Part shown: in pieces, positions 34,730-47,624 of the stretch
How the letters are laid out: every line of letters starts with the position of its first letter
How positions within the stretch are numbered: the first letter of the stretch is position 1
Source of the DNA: Carcharhinus longimanus
Lineage: Eukaryota
DNA length: 64,000 nucleotides
Reading direction: 5' to 3'
Assembly: GCA_030264375.1 (NCBI GenBank)
Contig: JASCQW010000061.1
Location: forward strand, 64,930,420-64,994,419
Program-made: the position numbers and the translations under genes
The notes under the pieces: model-generated
Database searches by the model: none
Told to the model about the DNA's origin: nothing
The model's input: the letters and a program-made list of their open reading frames with translations, nothing else

Positions 34730-36900
34730 AATTCAAAGAAAAAGCATAGAATTCTGTAAAGATTAGTGGCAGGTCAGAAGATTAGATAGGATTTAAAAAC
34801 CAGCATAGAACAACTATCAAAATAATAAGGGAGAAATTACAGACTGAAGGAAAGCCAACCAGAAATATAAAAACAAAGAGTAAGTTTCCAGAAGCATTTA
34901 GAAAGTAGTGACTAAAGTAAGTATATCTCATTGAGGGAATGAGTCTGAGAAATTAAAAATGGGAAACAAAGACATTACAGAAGAGTTGAACAGATAGTTT
35001 GTGTCAGTCTTCACTGCATAAGACAAATAAACATCCCTGAAGGGAACTTTGAACAATTACAATCAGTAGGGAAAAGGTTCTGAGAAACCTATTGGAAGCA
35101 ATGACTGATGGGTGCCCAGGGCCTGATGGACTTCATCCTAAGTGACTGTGGAGAAAGTGGGTGCATTAGTTGTAATTTTCTAAAATTCCCTAGACTCTGG
35201 CAAGGTCCCATCACATGTGAAAGTACTGAATGTAACTCCTTGAGTTTCCAGAAAGCAGGAAACTATAGGTCACTTTGCCTAACATCTGTCATAGAAAAAA
35301 TGCTTGAATCTATTATTGTTATAGTGGGCACTTAGAAAATCTTCTCACAATCAGGCAGAGTCAACATGGTTTTGTGAAACGGAAATCAGGTTTGAATAAG
35401 TTATTAGAGTTCTTTGATCAAGTGACAAGCAACATGGATAAAGGGGAAACTTGTAGGTGTGGTGCACTTGGATTTCCAAAAGACATTTGAAGAAGAGCTC
35501 ATGGTGTGGAGGGGAGTGGGATTACAAGGAAGATATCAATGTGGATAGAGGATTGGTTAGGTATCGGGAGCAGAGAGTACAGATAAGTTGATTATTTTTG
35601 CATTGGTGAGCTGTAACTAGTGGAGTGCCACAATGATCAGTACTGGGCCTTCAACTATTTACAATTGATATCAATGATTTGAATGAAGAGAATAAATGTT
35701 CCTAAATTTGCCGATGAGACAAAGATAGGTAGATGAGTAAGTGTGAAAAGGACATAATTTTCCCGTTCTGCCCACCACGGGAATCAAAGCAGGCAGGACA
35801 TAGACCATGCAAAAGTCCTTTGACCTCAGGCAAGATTTTCCAGTCTTGGGACAAGCGTGGCTGGAAAATCCCATGCAAGGAGCCTGCAGAGGGATAAAGA
35901 TAGGTTAAGTGAGTGGGCTAAAATGTGGGAATATGGAAAAATGTGAACTTGTCCACTTTGGCAGAAATAATACTAATTAATGGAGAGGTAGCAGAACTGT
36001 ATGCTACAGAGGGATCTGGGTGCCCTGTTATATGAGTTGCAATAAATTAGCAGGTATAGCAAATGATAGGAAGGGAAAAGAACTGTTGCTTATTGCAAGA
36101 GGTAGAGAATTTAAAAGTAGTTTTATTACAGTTGTATTGATGAGTATTGGTGAGATCATAAATAGATCTTGGAAATCCAAGTACACCGCATTTATAGGTT
36201 CCCCCTTTATCCACGTTATTTGTTACTTGACCAAAGAACTCTAATCATTTAGTCAAACATGACTTCCCTTTCACAAGTGTAGTCATGTTGATTCAACCTG
36301 ATTTTCTGAAGATTTTTTAGGTGCCTCACTAGAACCTCTTAATAATAGATTCAAGTATTTTTCCTATGTATATAGTTTGGTCTCCTTACTTAGGAAAAGG
36401 CATAATTGCATTAGAAGCAATTCAGAGAAGATTCACTCAACTGATTCCTGGGGTGAAAGGGTCATCTAACAGGAAAAGTTCAACATGCTTAGCCTGTATC
36501 CACTGTAGTTTTAAAGAATGAAAGGTGATCTTATAGAATCACATAAGATCTTGAGGGGACTTAACAGGAGATGTTCCCACATCTGGAAGAGACTAGAAAT
36601 AGGGGACACAGTTTACAATTATGGGATTTCCCATTTAAGACAGACATGAGAAGGAAGTATTTTTCTCAGAGTTGCAGGTCTGTGGAATTCTCCCCCGAGA
36701 GACAGTGGAGACATGATCATTGAATATTTTAAAGACAGAGTTAGATAGTTCTGTGATTGACAAGGGAGTCAGAGGGTATAGGTGGTGGAGAGGAAAGCAG
36801 AGTTAAAACCACAGTCAGATCAGCAATGATCTTACCAAGTCATTGAGCAGGCTCAAGGGGCTGAAAGGTCTACTTCAGCTCCTAATTCAAATGTTCATAC
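34730..36900 (+). mobile_element. CR1 LINE ORF2 to 3' end, decayed, with nested inserts
   Basis: QKAGNYRSLCLTSVIEKMLESII, a KFADETK-like motif at ~35703, and the terminus gagcaggctcaaggggctgaaaggtctact. Confidence 0.85.
35750..35877. mobile_element. Small MITE-like insertion (Harbinger-type ends) inside CR1
   Basis: Interrupts the CR1 RT. Ends ggacataattttccc and ggaaaatcccatgc form imperfect inverted repeats. Confidence 0.5.
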
Positions 36901-37776
36901 TGCAAGTGGATTGGAATACAGGAGTACAAATGTTTTGCTACAACTGTACAGGTCTTTGGAATATCTGGAATACTGTGTGCAGTTTTGTTTTATTTAAGGA
37001 AGGATATGCTTGCATTGAAGTAAAGCAAAGCTCCATAGTTTTTTAAAAAATTATACATGGGTGTCACTGGCCAGCCAGCATTTATTGTCCATTCTGAGTT
37101 GGCCTTGGAGGGCAGTTGAGAGTCAACCACATTGCTGTGGCTCTGGAGTCACATATAGGTCAGACCAGGTAAAGATGGCAGATTTCCTTCCCTAAAGGAC
37201 GTTAGTGAACCAGATGGGTTTTTCCAACAATCGACAATGGCTTCATGGTTATCAGATATGTTTTATTGAATTCAAATTCCACCATCTTTCGTGGTTGGAT
37301 TTGAACCTGAATTACCAGAATGTTAGCTGAGTTTCTGGATTAATAGTCCAGCGATAATACCACAAGGCCATTGCCTCTGCTAATAATACTAGGCCATCAT
37401 CTCCCAGGGTTGAGGGGATTGATCTATGAGGAGACGCTGAGTAAATTAGGCCTAAATTCTCAGGTGGTTAGAAGAATGTGAGATGATATAATTGAAATAG
37501 ACATGTTTCTGAAGAGGCTTGACAAGGTAGATACTCAGAGTTTGTTTCCACTGGTGGAAGAATCTAAATCACAGGGCACAGTGTCAGGAAACGGGGCCAA
37601 TCATTTACTACTGAGAAATGGAGAAATTCGTTTGTTCAGAGGGTTGCAAATCTTTGGAATTCTCCATTCCAAAGAATCAAATACATTTAAGACTGGAATA
37701 AACAAACTTTTGTTCTCGTAGGAAATCCAGGCATATGGGGAATGGGTGGAAAAATGGAATTGAAGTCCAAGATCAG
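36900..37776 (+). mobile_element. Second CR1 3' fragment, split by a SINE and cut by a solo LTR
   Basis: FLKRLDKVDTQSLFPLVEESK; the sequence stops at ggaattgaagtccaagatcag. Confidence 0.75.
37045..37405 (-). mobile_element. tRNA-headed SINE family 2, shortest form
   Basis: The minus strand has an A box (tggccttgtgg), a B box (ggttcaaatcc), the body, and then only the last ~55 nt of the LINE tail (caataaatgctggc..gccagtgacacccat). Confidence 0.8.
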
Positions 37777-38871
37777 TGTTACAGTCCCAGCTGGTCTTAT
37801 GACTGGACAAGTCAAATCCCAGGGATAATATTGCCTAACTTTTATTTTTTCTTTAGATACATGTATGGACAAATTCAGAGGACTGCTGATGAACTTGTAA
37901 CAAAATAATACAACATTTATTAGACAAGGAAAGATTAACTACAATACACTATTCCTTCATCTCAGCTATACCTTTGGTGATACAAACAGATTTGTAAGGA
38001 TAACACGAGTTACAAAATCTCTCTTAAACTCTAAGCTTCTGAGTGAGTACACAAGTCCATCTAAACCAATAGTCAAAATGTGGTCAGACACCCCACTCTC
38101 TGAAACCAAGTGACAAGATGCCACCCAATACAACTTCTGCAGATTTCTCATCGATTTCTCCCAGATACTTGTTGCACTGTAAGCCAACTGGTCATACTGG
38201 AATTCTGACTTTTGCAAGAGGATTTCCAAACTCCACTCTGGGCACTCTTTGGAATCTTCTCCCACACAATGCTTTCTTTTGAATGCCTTCAACATGGATC
38301 CACCTCTAGATTTTTCAAGGTCTCCTCCTGGTATTCCTCTGCCCTGGATCACCACATTCATTCAAGCTTCACCTTCCATAGACTCTCTCAGATACCCAGC
38401 CATGCCAACAGAATACCACTGTTTTTCAGCCCATAGCAATGAGTCCAACCTTCTGATTTCCTCAGATTTCTGGCTTCTTGCAAGCTAACTTCAAGTCTGT
38501 TTCCTGCAAATGTCTCTTTAATTCAGAGCCCTTTCCCTGCTCTTTAATTTCCCTGAAAACTTGTTCTTTGTTCTTTTGACTTAACTGTCTTCCTGGGAGA
38601 TTCTTTTGTCCCTAATATTTGATTTCTGGGACTTTCTTTTGTTCTTTTCAGAAATCTACTCTCTGCAGTTCCCTGTCCTGTGTCCAGGAGCTCCTGGCAT
38701 TAGCTTACAACTGATTCAAAAACTCTTGTTTCTCAGGGTGGGCCCTAAGCAACAACTTATTTTTTCTTTAATTTCTAATTTGCCAGTTTCACCCAGATCT
38801 CAAATGTTGTTGATAGTTCAAGAGGACCAACTTACAACTCTAATAGTAAGGTAAGTTTTAGTTTTGTAACA
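37777..38871 (-). mobile_element. Solo LTR, about 1.1 kb
   Basis: Perfect terminal inverted repeat TGTTACA...TGTAACA. AATAAA on the minus strand near the left end. No clear TSD. Confidence 0.6.
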
Positions 38872-39920
38872 ACACTTTTTTGGTACATCAAGTGCTCCAC
38901 ATCTGGCTCCAGGGCAAACAGATTTATTCATCAAAGAGGTTTACTGCTTCACAAGCTGTTCACTGTAGTACAATAATAGAGGTTATATTGAAAACAAAAT
39001 ACAGAGCTATTACCATGTGTGTATTTAATCACAAGACTCGGAGATGGCTAAAATTAACAAACAGGTCTGGCAGCTCCAGAACAGAGACTGCCACAATGGA
39101 GTTGGTACCTGGAAGATGGGAAAAGTCAATGAGGGAGAAAATCAACTCAACAGAAATCCGACTTTGAAATATTTTACTACTTATCCAAAATTACTAATTG
39201 ATCGTAATTAGTAATTATCTTTTGTAATTCTTTTGTAATTGTATCTTTTATAATTCAATCACAATAAAGAAACTGGAAGAAACTGGCATTTTAAGATGAA
39301 ATTTGACATTGGTAAGGTTTAAGTAGCAGCTGTACTGATGGAGATTTAGTTCCAGGGCGGTGTTGGTATTATTATTACACATATCTCAATCATGAATTCA
39401 GTTCACCCTTTAGGAATGTGTACAATAATGAACTCTGCTGTTGGAGTAACAAGTGAGTGCTGAGCTCAAGGTTAGTTGTACCAATGGTACGAGAATGAGA
39501 AGGGCAATGTGCTGCTGACATTTCCTGAAAGGAAGCTTTTGTTTGTTTCTTTCTGGAACTGACTTCAGGCTTGGGTTGAGTGACAATGAGCCTGACTAGA
39601 CAATTACTTGTTGTATTTTACTATTTTAATTGCCCCCCAAGCATGTCATGTCCCAGTTGATTATGAACTTTCAGATGATACTTTCAAATCTTGAAGCAAA
39701 ACAGACTATTAAAATGGCTGCTGAAAATGAAGTGACTTTTGGCGATATCAGCTGCAGACAGCCCTCAGACTCAAGTAAATACTGAATTACATGTGGACAT
39801 TCACAACTGCATGGGAAATTCACACAATTGTCTGAAGATGGAAGGGACATCAACAAAAGAACCAGAGAATTCGAGCCAACTTGTCTTTCTGGTTCACCAT
39901 GGCACATCAAAATTCACTGA

Positions 39921-40515
39921 GGGGCGATCTTACCGGCTTGTCAACCCAGTCGATCAGTGTGGCAAGCTGATAAGATCAGCAAGAGATGGAAAATCAAGCT
40001 CACGCCTGGCTTCTCACCTTTTGCAATGTTACTGGCCCCAGTCTCCTGGCAAAATCAGTTTGTGCCCAGGATCAGCAGTGGGTTGGGGGGAGATCACTCG
40101 GAGATCAGGGCACCTGCCCAGTGACACCTCTACAACTCAGCAGCCAGCTTCCCAGTGAGAATAGGCCCCACACATCCCCCTACTGCTGAGAATCACATTT
40201 TCCCCCTTTCTTTTTTCTAAGTACCATACAATTGCATCTGGGAGTTCANNNNNNNNNNNNNNNNNNNNNNNNNNNNNNNNNNNNNNNNNNNNNNNNNNNN
40301 NNNNNNNNNNNNNNNNNNNNNNNNNNNNNNNNNNNNNNNNNNNNNNNNCATCTGGGAGTTCATCCAAAAAATGGATGTGATTCTCTCCCATTTTCACACT
40401 CAATTGGCACTTAGAATTTTTTTGGCAACATCACTCCCACCATGTTACAAATGTGAAAGACTTCCCATTGACCGCCCATTGTATTATGATAGTCTCTCAT
40501 CTGGTAAGATGAGAC
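39921..40515. mobile_element. Non-autonomous DNA transposon (Harbinger-type MITE)
   Basis: Ends ggggcgatcttaccgg and ctggtaagatgagac share an inverted atcttacc.g core. No coding capacity. Confidence 0.45.
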
Positions 40516-41963
40516 TGGGTAAGTTTCAAAGTGTCAAAGTGTCAAATCAGAAACAGGCTGTTTGTTGACTGATTACTTACCTTCATTGGAAAAGGACTTT
40601 GGTCTTGTAACAGATTATGTGGGTGAGTCTGCATGTTTGTTGTCTGCTTTTAAAACAGCAAGAATCAGCTCTACATAGAGAGATCATTGAGAAGCCACCA
40701 AACCATTCAACTCAGCAGACAAGGTAATAAACAGCAATACCTTGAAAGTGGGAAAAGGATTCTGCCCAAACTGTTCCAACTTCACCTGAGAACTAACCTC
40801 CTAGGAATTGAACTAGAGGCAGTTTCACAGCTCACTGAGAATCCTGTTTACAATAACTTCTCTCCAACTAAAAGCATCAACTCATCTGAGAATCTATAGT
40901 CCTGTGATGAAAGAGAGACTGAGACGATTTTACATTGTAATCATATTTGCATCTAATCTTTGTGTGAATGATTGTGAGAGAGAGTCTGGTTAGTGAGACT
41001 TTTTTAAAAAAATCTCCAGGCATGTGGAATAATAAAGGAACTCACAAAAGAGTTTGCTGCTGGAATCAGTTATATTGGGGCAAAAACTCTGAGGATAAGA
41101 AATTACACACACCACACATACAAAACACTGATCACGGAGAGTAAGAAAACCTATAAGTTATGTCCATGAGATGTCAGGAATTAAGATCGAGAATTTTATA
41201 CTGTGGATTTCTGCAATGCCGAGTAAAAACTGATTTTTTAGGGGGGGATTTCTCCTTGTTGGGGCAGAGTTTCTGACAGGTCTGGTATTCAGCTATCCTT
41301 CCATTTTCTTTCCCAATGTACCAATTTTCCTGGTTTAAGTTTCATGAGATTCACACAGCAGATTCTCAACAGGATTCCTGCTGACCAGAGGCAGCTTGCC
41401 AGTTTGAGCAAGGACATTCCTACAATGAGGTGGCGAAGGTCCTGAAAGGGGCATGAGGGGTAGTGAATTAGCAGGAAGTTCCAAGTGAAGGCCAAAGATT
41501 GGAAATTGCCCAGGAGGTGAACACCAGGAGTGCAGTGTCAGCAGGCATTAATGCTAGCGGAGTGCACTCCCTGCAGGAGCATAATGGCAATAGGAGCACA
41601 GTGCAGGATGTGGTTTAATGATCCAACCAAATTAGGAAAGGTGATTACAATTGCACATTCAACTATATCATCCCAATCTCCTCATTCTGTGTTTTCAAGT
41701 TGGCTGCATCACACCACTCGTCACACCTTGTAGGGCCACCCATCTTTCTCACTTTGCAGCCAACCATCCAGCCTTGACACTCACCCTCATCCTAACACAA
41801 TTTCATGCCTCTACTGGTACTCATTATCACCAAATGCACTCAGTCCATTGGGTGAGCACATGTCATTACACTCACGCAGAGGCCAATATTTTCCAGCATG
41901 AATCTTGCCAGCCCCGCCGATGTGATTGCATTGCAATTGTTGGGCTTCTTTGCTACCAAGAGG

Positions 41964-43830
41964 ATGGCAGCAACGAAGCCAGTTCCATGTTTTACGGACG
42001 GAGCTTTCACACATTTGTTCAATGTCTTGGAGGACAGAATGGCAACTAACAACCCGCAGGTAGGCAGGACACCTTCCAGTTATGTCACCAACCCCGTGTG
42101 GAGACAATGGTTGCACTTGAGAGTACCAGCACCCTTCACAAGAGGAAGGAGGTTCAATGGCGGAAGAAAATGAATGACCTCCTCTGTATTGTCAGGGTGA
42201 GTGATTCTTGTTTTCTCTCACCACACTCTCTCTTAGACACCCCTCACCATGCCACATGGACCCCACATACTGTCCCCTTTGGGTCCCATTACCCAACCTC
42301 ACACGCACTTCCTCTTCTCCCCGACACACCTCTCCCCACAATTCATTCCTGCTCACACGCAGCACTCACACACACTAGGCAGCATTGACCTCTGTTCCAG
42401 CATGCAGCCTACTCACAACATCCCCATCTGTCTCCCTGCAGGATAAGCTTGCTCATAACCACTGCGAGCGAGTGAGCAAAGATGGATTGGAGGGGCAGGG
42501 ATTGGGGGGAGGGGGGTGGCTGTGGTGGCGAAGGTTGGGTCCTGACTCTTTTCATGGAGAGAGCACTGCAGTTGGCAGCGGAGAAGTAGGAATGGGCTGT
42601 GCAAAGAGCAAGGTGGACGTGAAGGAGAAAAGTGAGGAGCTTCTGCACATTCATCCATCTTCACAAATTCATGCGAGTTCTGTCTCTCCCAAACCTTTGC
42701 TCTTGCCTTGCATGAATACCATGTTCCCTCCCTTGCAGGAAAACCAGCCAAGCAGCCTGTCTTTCCACCAGCAGGGATCTTGCAACTAATCAGGAGCAGT
42801 CTATTGAGGAGATGTCAATGGAGGCATCACGGCTATCAGTTGCATCCTCCACCAGTACAGAGACATACCTCAGTGGGCAATCGCAGCAGGCAGACTTCTG
42901 GGTCACAATGTGGTGAGCACCACGGAGCTGCTGATCCACATCAGGTAAAGGCAGGACCATCCCAGGAATTGGGTAGTTGGAGTTTTGCTGGATCCCAGGA
43001 CTCAGCTATGCCCCAGCAGGTGCCTTGCCTCAGGACACATTCATACTTCAGCTGCTGGAGATGTAAAGGCAGAACCGGGAATACCAGAAAGGGCAGTCAG
43101 TGACACTGTAGTGATTGCAAGGTTAACTGGAGGAGTCCTAAAGCCTTCTCTCACAGGAGATGGTGCTGGCGATGTGAGGCATACGGCCAACACTGCAAGG
43201 ATGGCGTCCGCTGTAGAGAGCCTGGGGCTGAATATCAGTTCTATGGTGGGAGGTGTCCAAAGTTCAAAACATATGCATTTGTTTACAGTTCCAGTATAGA
43301 ACTAATCCACAGATCACAGCCAATGCAAGGGAGGTCACTGTTGCTGCGAGAATGACACCATCAGTTATGTTTCCAAGGCATGGATTAGGCCATGAGCTGC
43401 ACGGTTCAGGCCATGAACTTGATTGGTCAGGGCACAAATTCGATGGTTCAAGGCATGGTGCAGACACTGGTGGGCATCCAGAGGACTACAGGGATTTTTG
43501 ACCCCATTCCAGCTGTCCCTCTTTCAAATGGAGTGACCTGGGGTCCTAAGACCATCAAAAGGCTGTGGTATTTGTTGGCGCATAGCCCAGGAGCTTCCAT
43601 CCAGGAGACCCTGAGAGCGCCCAGTCTATCTGACTTCCCCTTTCCAGAGACCAGGGACCTCTAGCACAGCAGACAGAGCAGCGTATTACAGGTCCTGGCC
43701 CTCCAGAGGGCATCTCAGGCAGCAGGGTTTGGCAGACAGCAAACTGCCTCAACTCTGATGTGGATCCTGGGGACACACTGAGATATAGCTGGAGACTTTG
43801 GAAGGTTAGGAAATTGTAGTTGCCCAGTGT
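41964..43830 (+). pseudogene. Harbinger Myb/SANT-like DNA-binding protein, spliced, disrupted
   Basis: MAATKPVPCFTDGAFTHLFNVLEDR...KRKEVQWRKKMNDLLCIVR, donor GTGAGT at 42197, acceptor ctccctgcag at 42441, then DKLAHNHCER. Frameshifts present. Confidence 0.75.
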
Positions 43831-44056
43831 GGGCACGGGTGATGTGATGCACTTTGACCTGTTGAGCACTAATTTTTGTTTTAATGTTATAACTAACTGA
43901 ATTATATCTTACTTGCCATCATCACTTCTAGGCTGTCCAATCTCCACCGATTTCTGAATGGAATGGTGTTCCTCACCTTTGGGATGCACTCGGACTTAGA
44001 GTCTCCATCCCCTCAATACCATCTTGTGAATGCAAGTGTTCCACTCACAGGGCGCA

Positions 44057-44440
44057 GAGATAATACAGGGAAATACAGGGAATCCTCTAACACAACCTCC
44101 ATTACGCCGAGACTGCATCATTGATGATACAGGGAATCCCCTATACCCAATCCCAATTCCCGAGACTATATCATTGATGATACAGGGAATTCCCTAACCT
44201 AACCCCCATCGCCCCGGGACTGCATCATTGATGATACGGGGAATCCTCTAACCCCAATCTCAATCCCTGAGATTGTGTCATTGATGATACAGGGAATTCC
44301 CTAACCCAACCCCAATCCTCCCGAGACCGCACCGGCGATTATACAGGGAATCCCCTAATCCCAATCCTTATCCCCTCCGTACTGCATCATTGATGATATA
44401 GGGAATCCCTTAAACAACCCCCATCGCCACGAGACTGCAT
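44057..44440. repeat. Minisatellite, ~53-54 bp unit, about 7 copies
   Basis: Units start at 44109, 44162, 44216, 44269, 44323, 44378 and 44431. Consensus GAGACTGCATCATTGATGATACAGGGAATCCCCTA plus a C-rich part. Confidence 0.95.
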
Positions 44441-44689
44441 GAGAGAAGGGATGAATGATTCCTTGCATCATTGCTCTGAAATGACCAGGCTACATGGATT
44501 CTGTGAGCTTGGCATCAGACAGACTGAAATCAGACATTATCTCTAATGAGTATTACACACCATTCCTTATTGTGAGTCATCATCACCCTCCTGCACTGAA
44601 TTGGCAGCAGGCACTGGTGGACTTCCCATCACCAGGTCCCTGAGTTGTGATTACTTCCCCTTCCACCCACCTAGGTGTGAGAAAGTCCT

Positions 44690-45875
44690 GAAGAGGCCTC
44701 GAGTATCCTCCCTAATTATCGCTCTCCAGGAAGTGTGCAGCTAATAGGGCACCTCTAGCCCTCCTATCCATGGGCACCCTCATCCCCACCTGGTCATCTC
44801 CTCCACAGGCTCCTTCTCAACACCTCCCGGACTTTCTCCTCATCCGAGGTGAGCCCCACTCTTCCATATGCTCTTCAGAGAGATACTCAACCCATTGCAG
44901 ATTGTCGAGAGTGCAGCACACCACCACAATGTGGGAAACCCTCTGGGGGCTATATTATAATGCTTCACCTAAAGCGTCCAGGCAGTGGAAATGTATCATG
45001 AGGCCACTGGCCTGCTCAATCACTGTGCAAGTTGCAGTGAGTGTTTCACTGAGGCAGCAGACTGTGGCCTCTGCACTGGCATCATCAGCCAAACCCTCAG
45101 GGTTTGTCCCTTGTCCCTGAGAAGCCATCCCTACAGCCTTGAGTATCCTTTGAAAGGTTCCAGGAGCGGGGATTGTCCAAGGATAAAACTGTCATGAACA
45201 CTCCCCCAGAAACAGGCAGGCATCTGCATTAATGTGTATAGTGTGGTCGCAGACCAGTTGCACATTGAGGAAATGGAATCTAATACGGTTGATGAAGGAG
45301 ACTCGCTAGTGCCACGGGGAAATCAATTGCCCCCTGCGCCTATGGCAAGTCATGTATCTATCTGAACACCATGGATCCTTCATCCTGGCTAGCCTGGTGG
45401 AGTCAAAGTGTCTTTAGTTCCTCACTTGGTGAAGAGCGCATCCAACAAAAATGCGCTTATAGGCAGATGCCTGCGAAGTCCCGCAATGTTGCCTGGTGCA
45501 GCCCTGGAAAGATCCAATGGCATTCGGAGCTGCTGCAACATTCATAGCCACAGGCAGCAGGTTTCTTCCTTCACTACGTAGCGCCAAGTCCATGAGAACA
45601 TGGCAAAGGTGCTTCCTTGATAAGCTGTAGTCTCTGGCAGCATAGTGTCAGTAAGCACGATAAAGGAGAGCCGGAGATGGTAGGCTCTTGGCTGTGCCCT
45701 GTGTCTTCAAACTCCCTCTCCGCTGTTGTAACCTCTGGCTGCTGATCATGGCGTGCAGCTCCCGGATCATCACTGGGATCTCCAGCAATCAGATGCTGGA
45801 GTCTCTCCTCCTCTATCACCGTGATCAATATCACTGCGAGCTCCAATGGCTCCATGGCTAAATCATCAACGAACC
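44690..45875 (-). pseudogene. Harbinger (HARBI1-like) DDE transposase, disrupted
   Basis: The minus strand gives SFINRIRFHFLNVQLVCDH, GWLLRDKG..LRVWLMMPVQRPQ and VIEQASGLMIHFHCLD..YSPQRVSHIVVVCCTLDNL. Confidence 0.85.
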
Positions 45876-47624
45876 TGTGAGAAGGAAGAGAGGTTGGCAT
45901 TGCACCAACTGATCATTACCATGCCTTGACCCATTGGCCATCTTTACCTGGGAGCAGCCAGTTGAAGAATATCGCCTGCAGCACTCACACACTCACTAAC
46001 ATCAATTCCTGTCCCATCTCCAGAACAGGGTGTCTCTTGATTTCGCCGTCACCCACTCGCACAGCCAGCTAGCCATCAGTCTGGGGCTGCCCTCGCCTGG
46101 GCATGGGACCACTGGGGGATCTTGCAGCAGAGACTTGTGCTTAATCATCGCACCAGGATGTCAATATCTGCATTGGGGAAGGACTGGGGGAGGGGTGGCT
46201 CACCATGAACTATACCAGCAGAAGTTGGGCGTCCCGGGTGAGATGTGAGCCTCTAGGCTCTTGTTTCTGAGGTACCTACTTCCAGCCCCGACACTGAAAA
46301 GGGAGTCTCAGCCTGGATTCTGTATTGTGGGGAGCTGACGGTGCTAAGGGTTAACTCCTGAGGGCCAATCAGTGTAATGAGTATTCATCCCAGCATACTA
46401 ACTGGGCATAATTGGTTCCTCCTTCAGGGCTAAGCAGTGCTAATAGCCACCCTGGTTATTCAGGCGGAAGCCACCAGGGAGCTCATTGCTGTCAGCCCTT
46501 CAAACATGAAATTACTTGTGTTCTTCTTCAGCTGCACCCAGCCCTCCCAAGGAGGGGGCTCCAAGTAGCACTGCCTTAGGGGTTCAAAGCCACCCAGCTC
46601 ATCTGGCCAGCTTGCATGGCACTGAACAGCTCTTCCCCCCACCCTCCCATTAAACTTACTGCCCCTCCTCCAAATCCCAGTGCTCCCCGACAGTGCCCCC
46701 CCAACCCCTCAAAGACCCCCAAGCTGTCCTCAAAAACCCTTGAGAACAGACCTGAACATTGCTGAGAATGGACTTTCTGACCCCCATGAGGTCAGCCACA
46801 GAGCCCACGGCAGCTGCCCTCTTTGTTTTCACTCACCACAGAGTACCGTTACCCTTTCTCCCCTTGTGTTCAGTGGAGACATCCTCATTTTCTCCAACCT
46901 CCCTCTCAGAGGCCATGGCGCCAGCTTCTCATTTTTCAAAAGCAGCAGTGATTCAGGCCAGTGTGACGTCATGGCTGATAGATGGTGGGGGTGTGATACA
47001 TCAGGCCAGAAGTTATATCGTGAAGGTCGCTAGTGAAATGCTGATGCATGCTAATACTTGCAAATCATGTTTGCATTCTTCCTGGACATAAAAATTATTG
47101 CATCATTGCAGAAAGGCTGGGAAGATCATGTTTGGCAAACTCACTGGCGCAAACCTTGTTTTTGGCATCTAGTGAGATTTAGCAGCCATTACAGATTTGT
47201 ACCCAGGGCTAACGTGACCGTTAAATCCTGGCCTGAGTTAAATATTAGAGACTCTCATGCCACTGGCCGCTCAGGCATGCTGGTGGGTTTCAACAGTAAG
47301 TGAAATAACTTGTAATATATCCTTACCTTCCCAGGACTAATTCATATTTTTATTTTGACTGGACCAGCAGACATGCAGGAGTTATTAGAGAACTGACATT
47401 CATCAGAGAAACTGAGTCATCCTGAGAATGCAGCTCCCCAGGACACCTGCAGGCCATACATTAGCTCAGACACTCACACTTCAGTGGGACTAGATAAGCA
47501 GAGATGGGTTTTCGTCTCACAACTCACACGTCACAAATGACAGACATTGACCGAAAGCCCATAGGATACGGTATTCTTCAAGCTCTGTGCAGCTGGACAC
47601 AGATGCTGTATCCCAGGGACCATT

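Larger units (their letters stand above)
41185..47232. mobile_element. Decayed PIF/Harbinger DNA transposon with convergent Myb-like and transposase genes
   Basis: Both diagnostic genes are present. Candidate right end taaatcctggcc at ~47232; the left boundary is uncertain and the element may be nested. Confidence 0.75.

Noticed and set aside
40234-40362. Identical catctgggagttca on both sides of an N run, resembling a TSD
   Set aside because: More simply an overlap of contig ends at a scaffold gap; cannot be judged without reads.
44057-44440. CRISPR-like look (palindromic constant part plus variable part)
   Set aside because: The variable parts are homologous C-rich variants rather than unique spacers, there are no cas genes, and the context is vertebrate. 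It is a minisatellite.
44690-45875. Domesticated HARBI1 or Myb-like host genes
   Set aside because: Multiple stops and frameshifts within a transposon-like arrangement; these are fossils.
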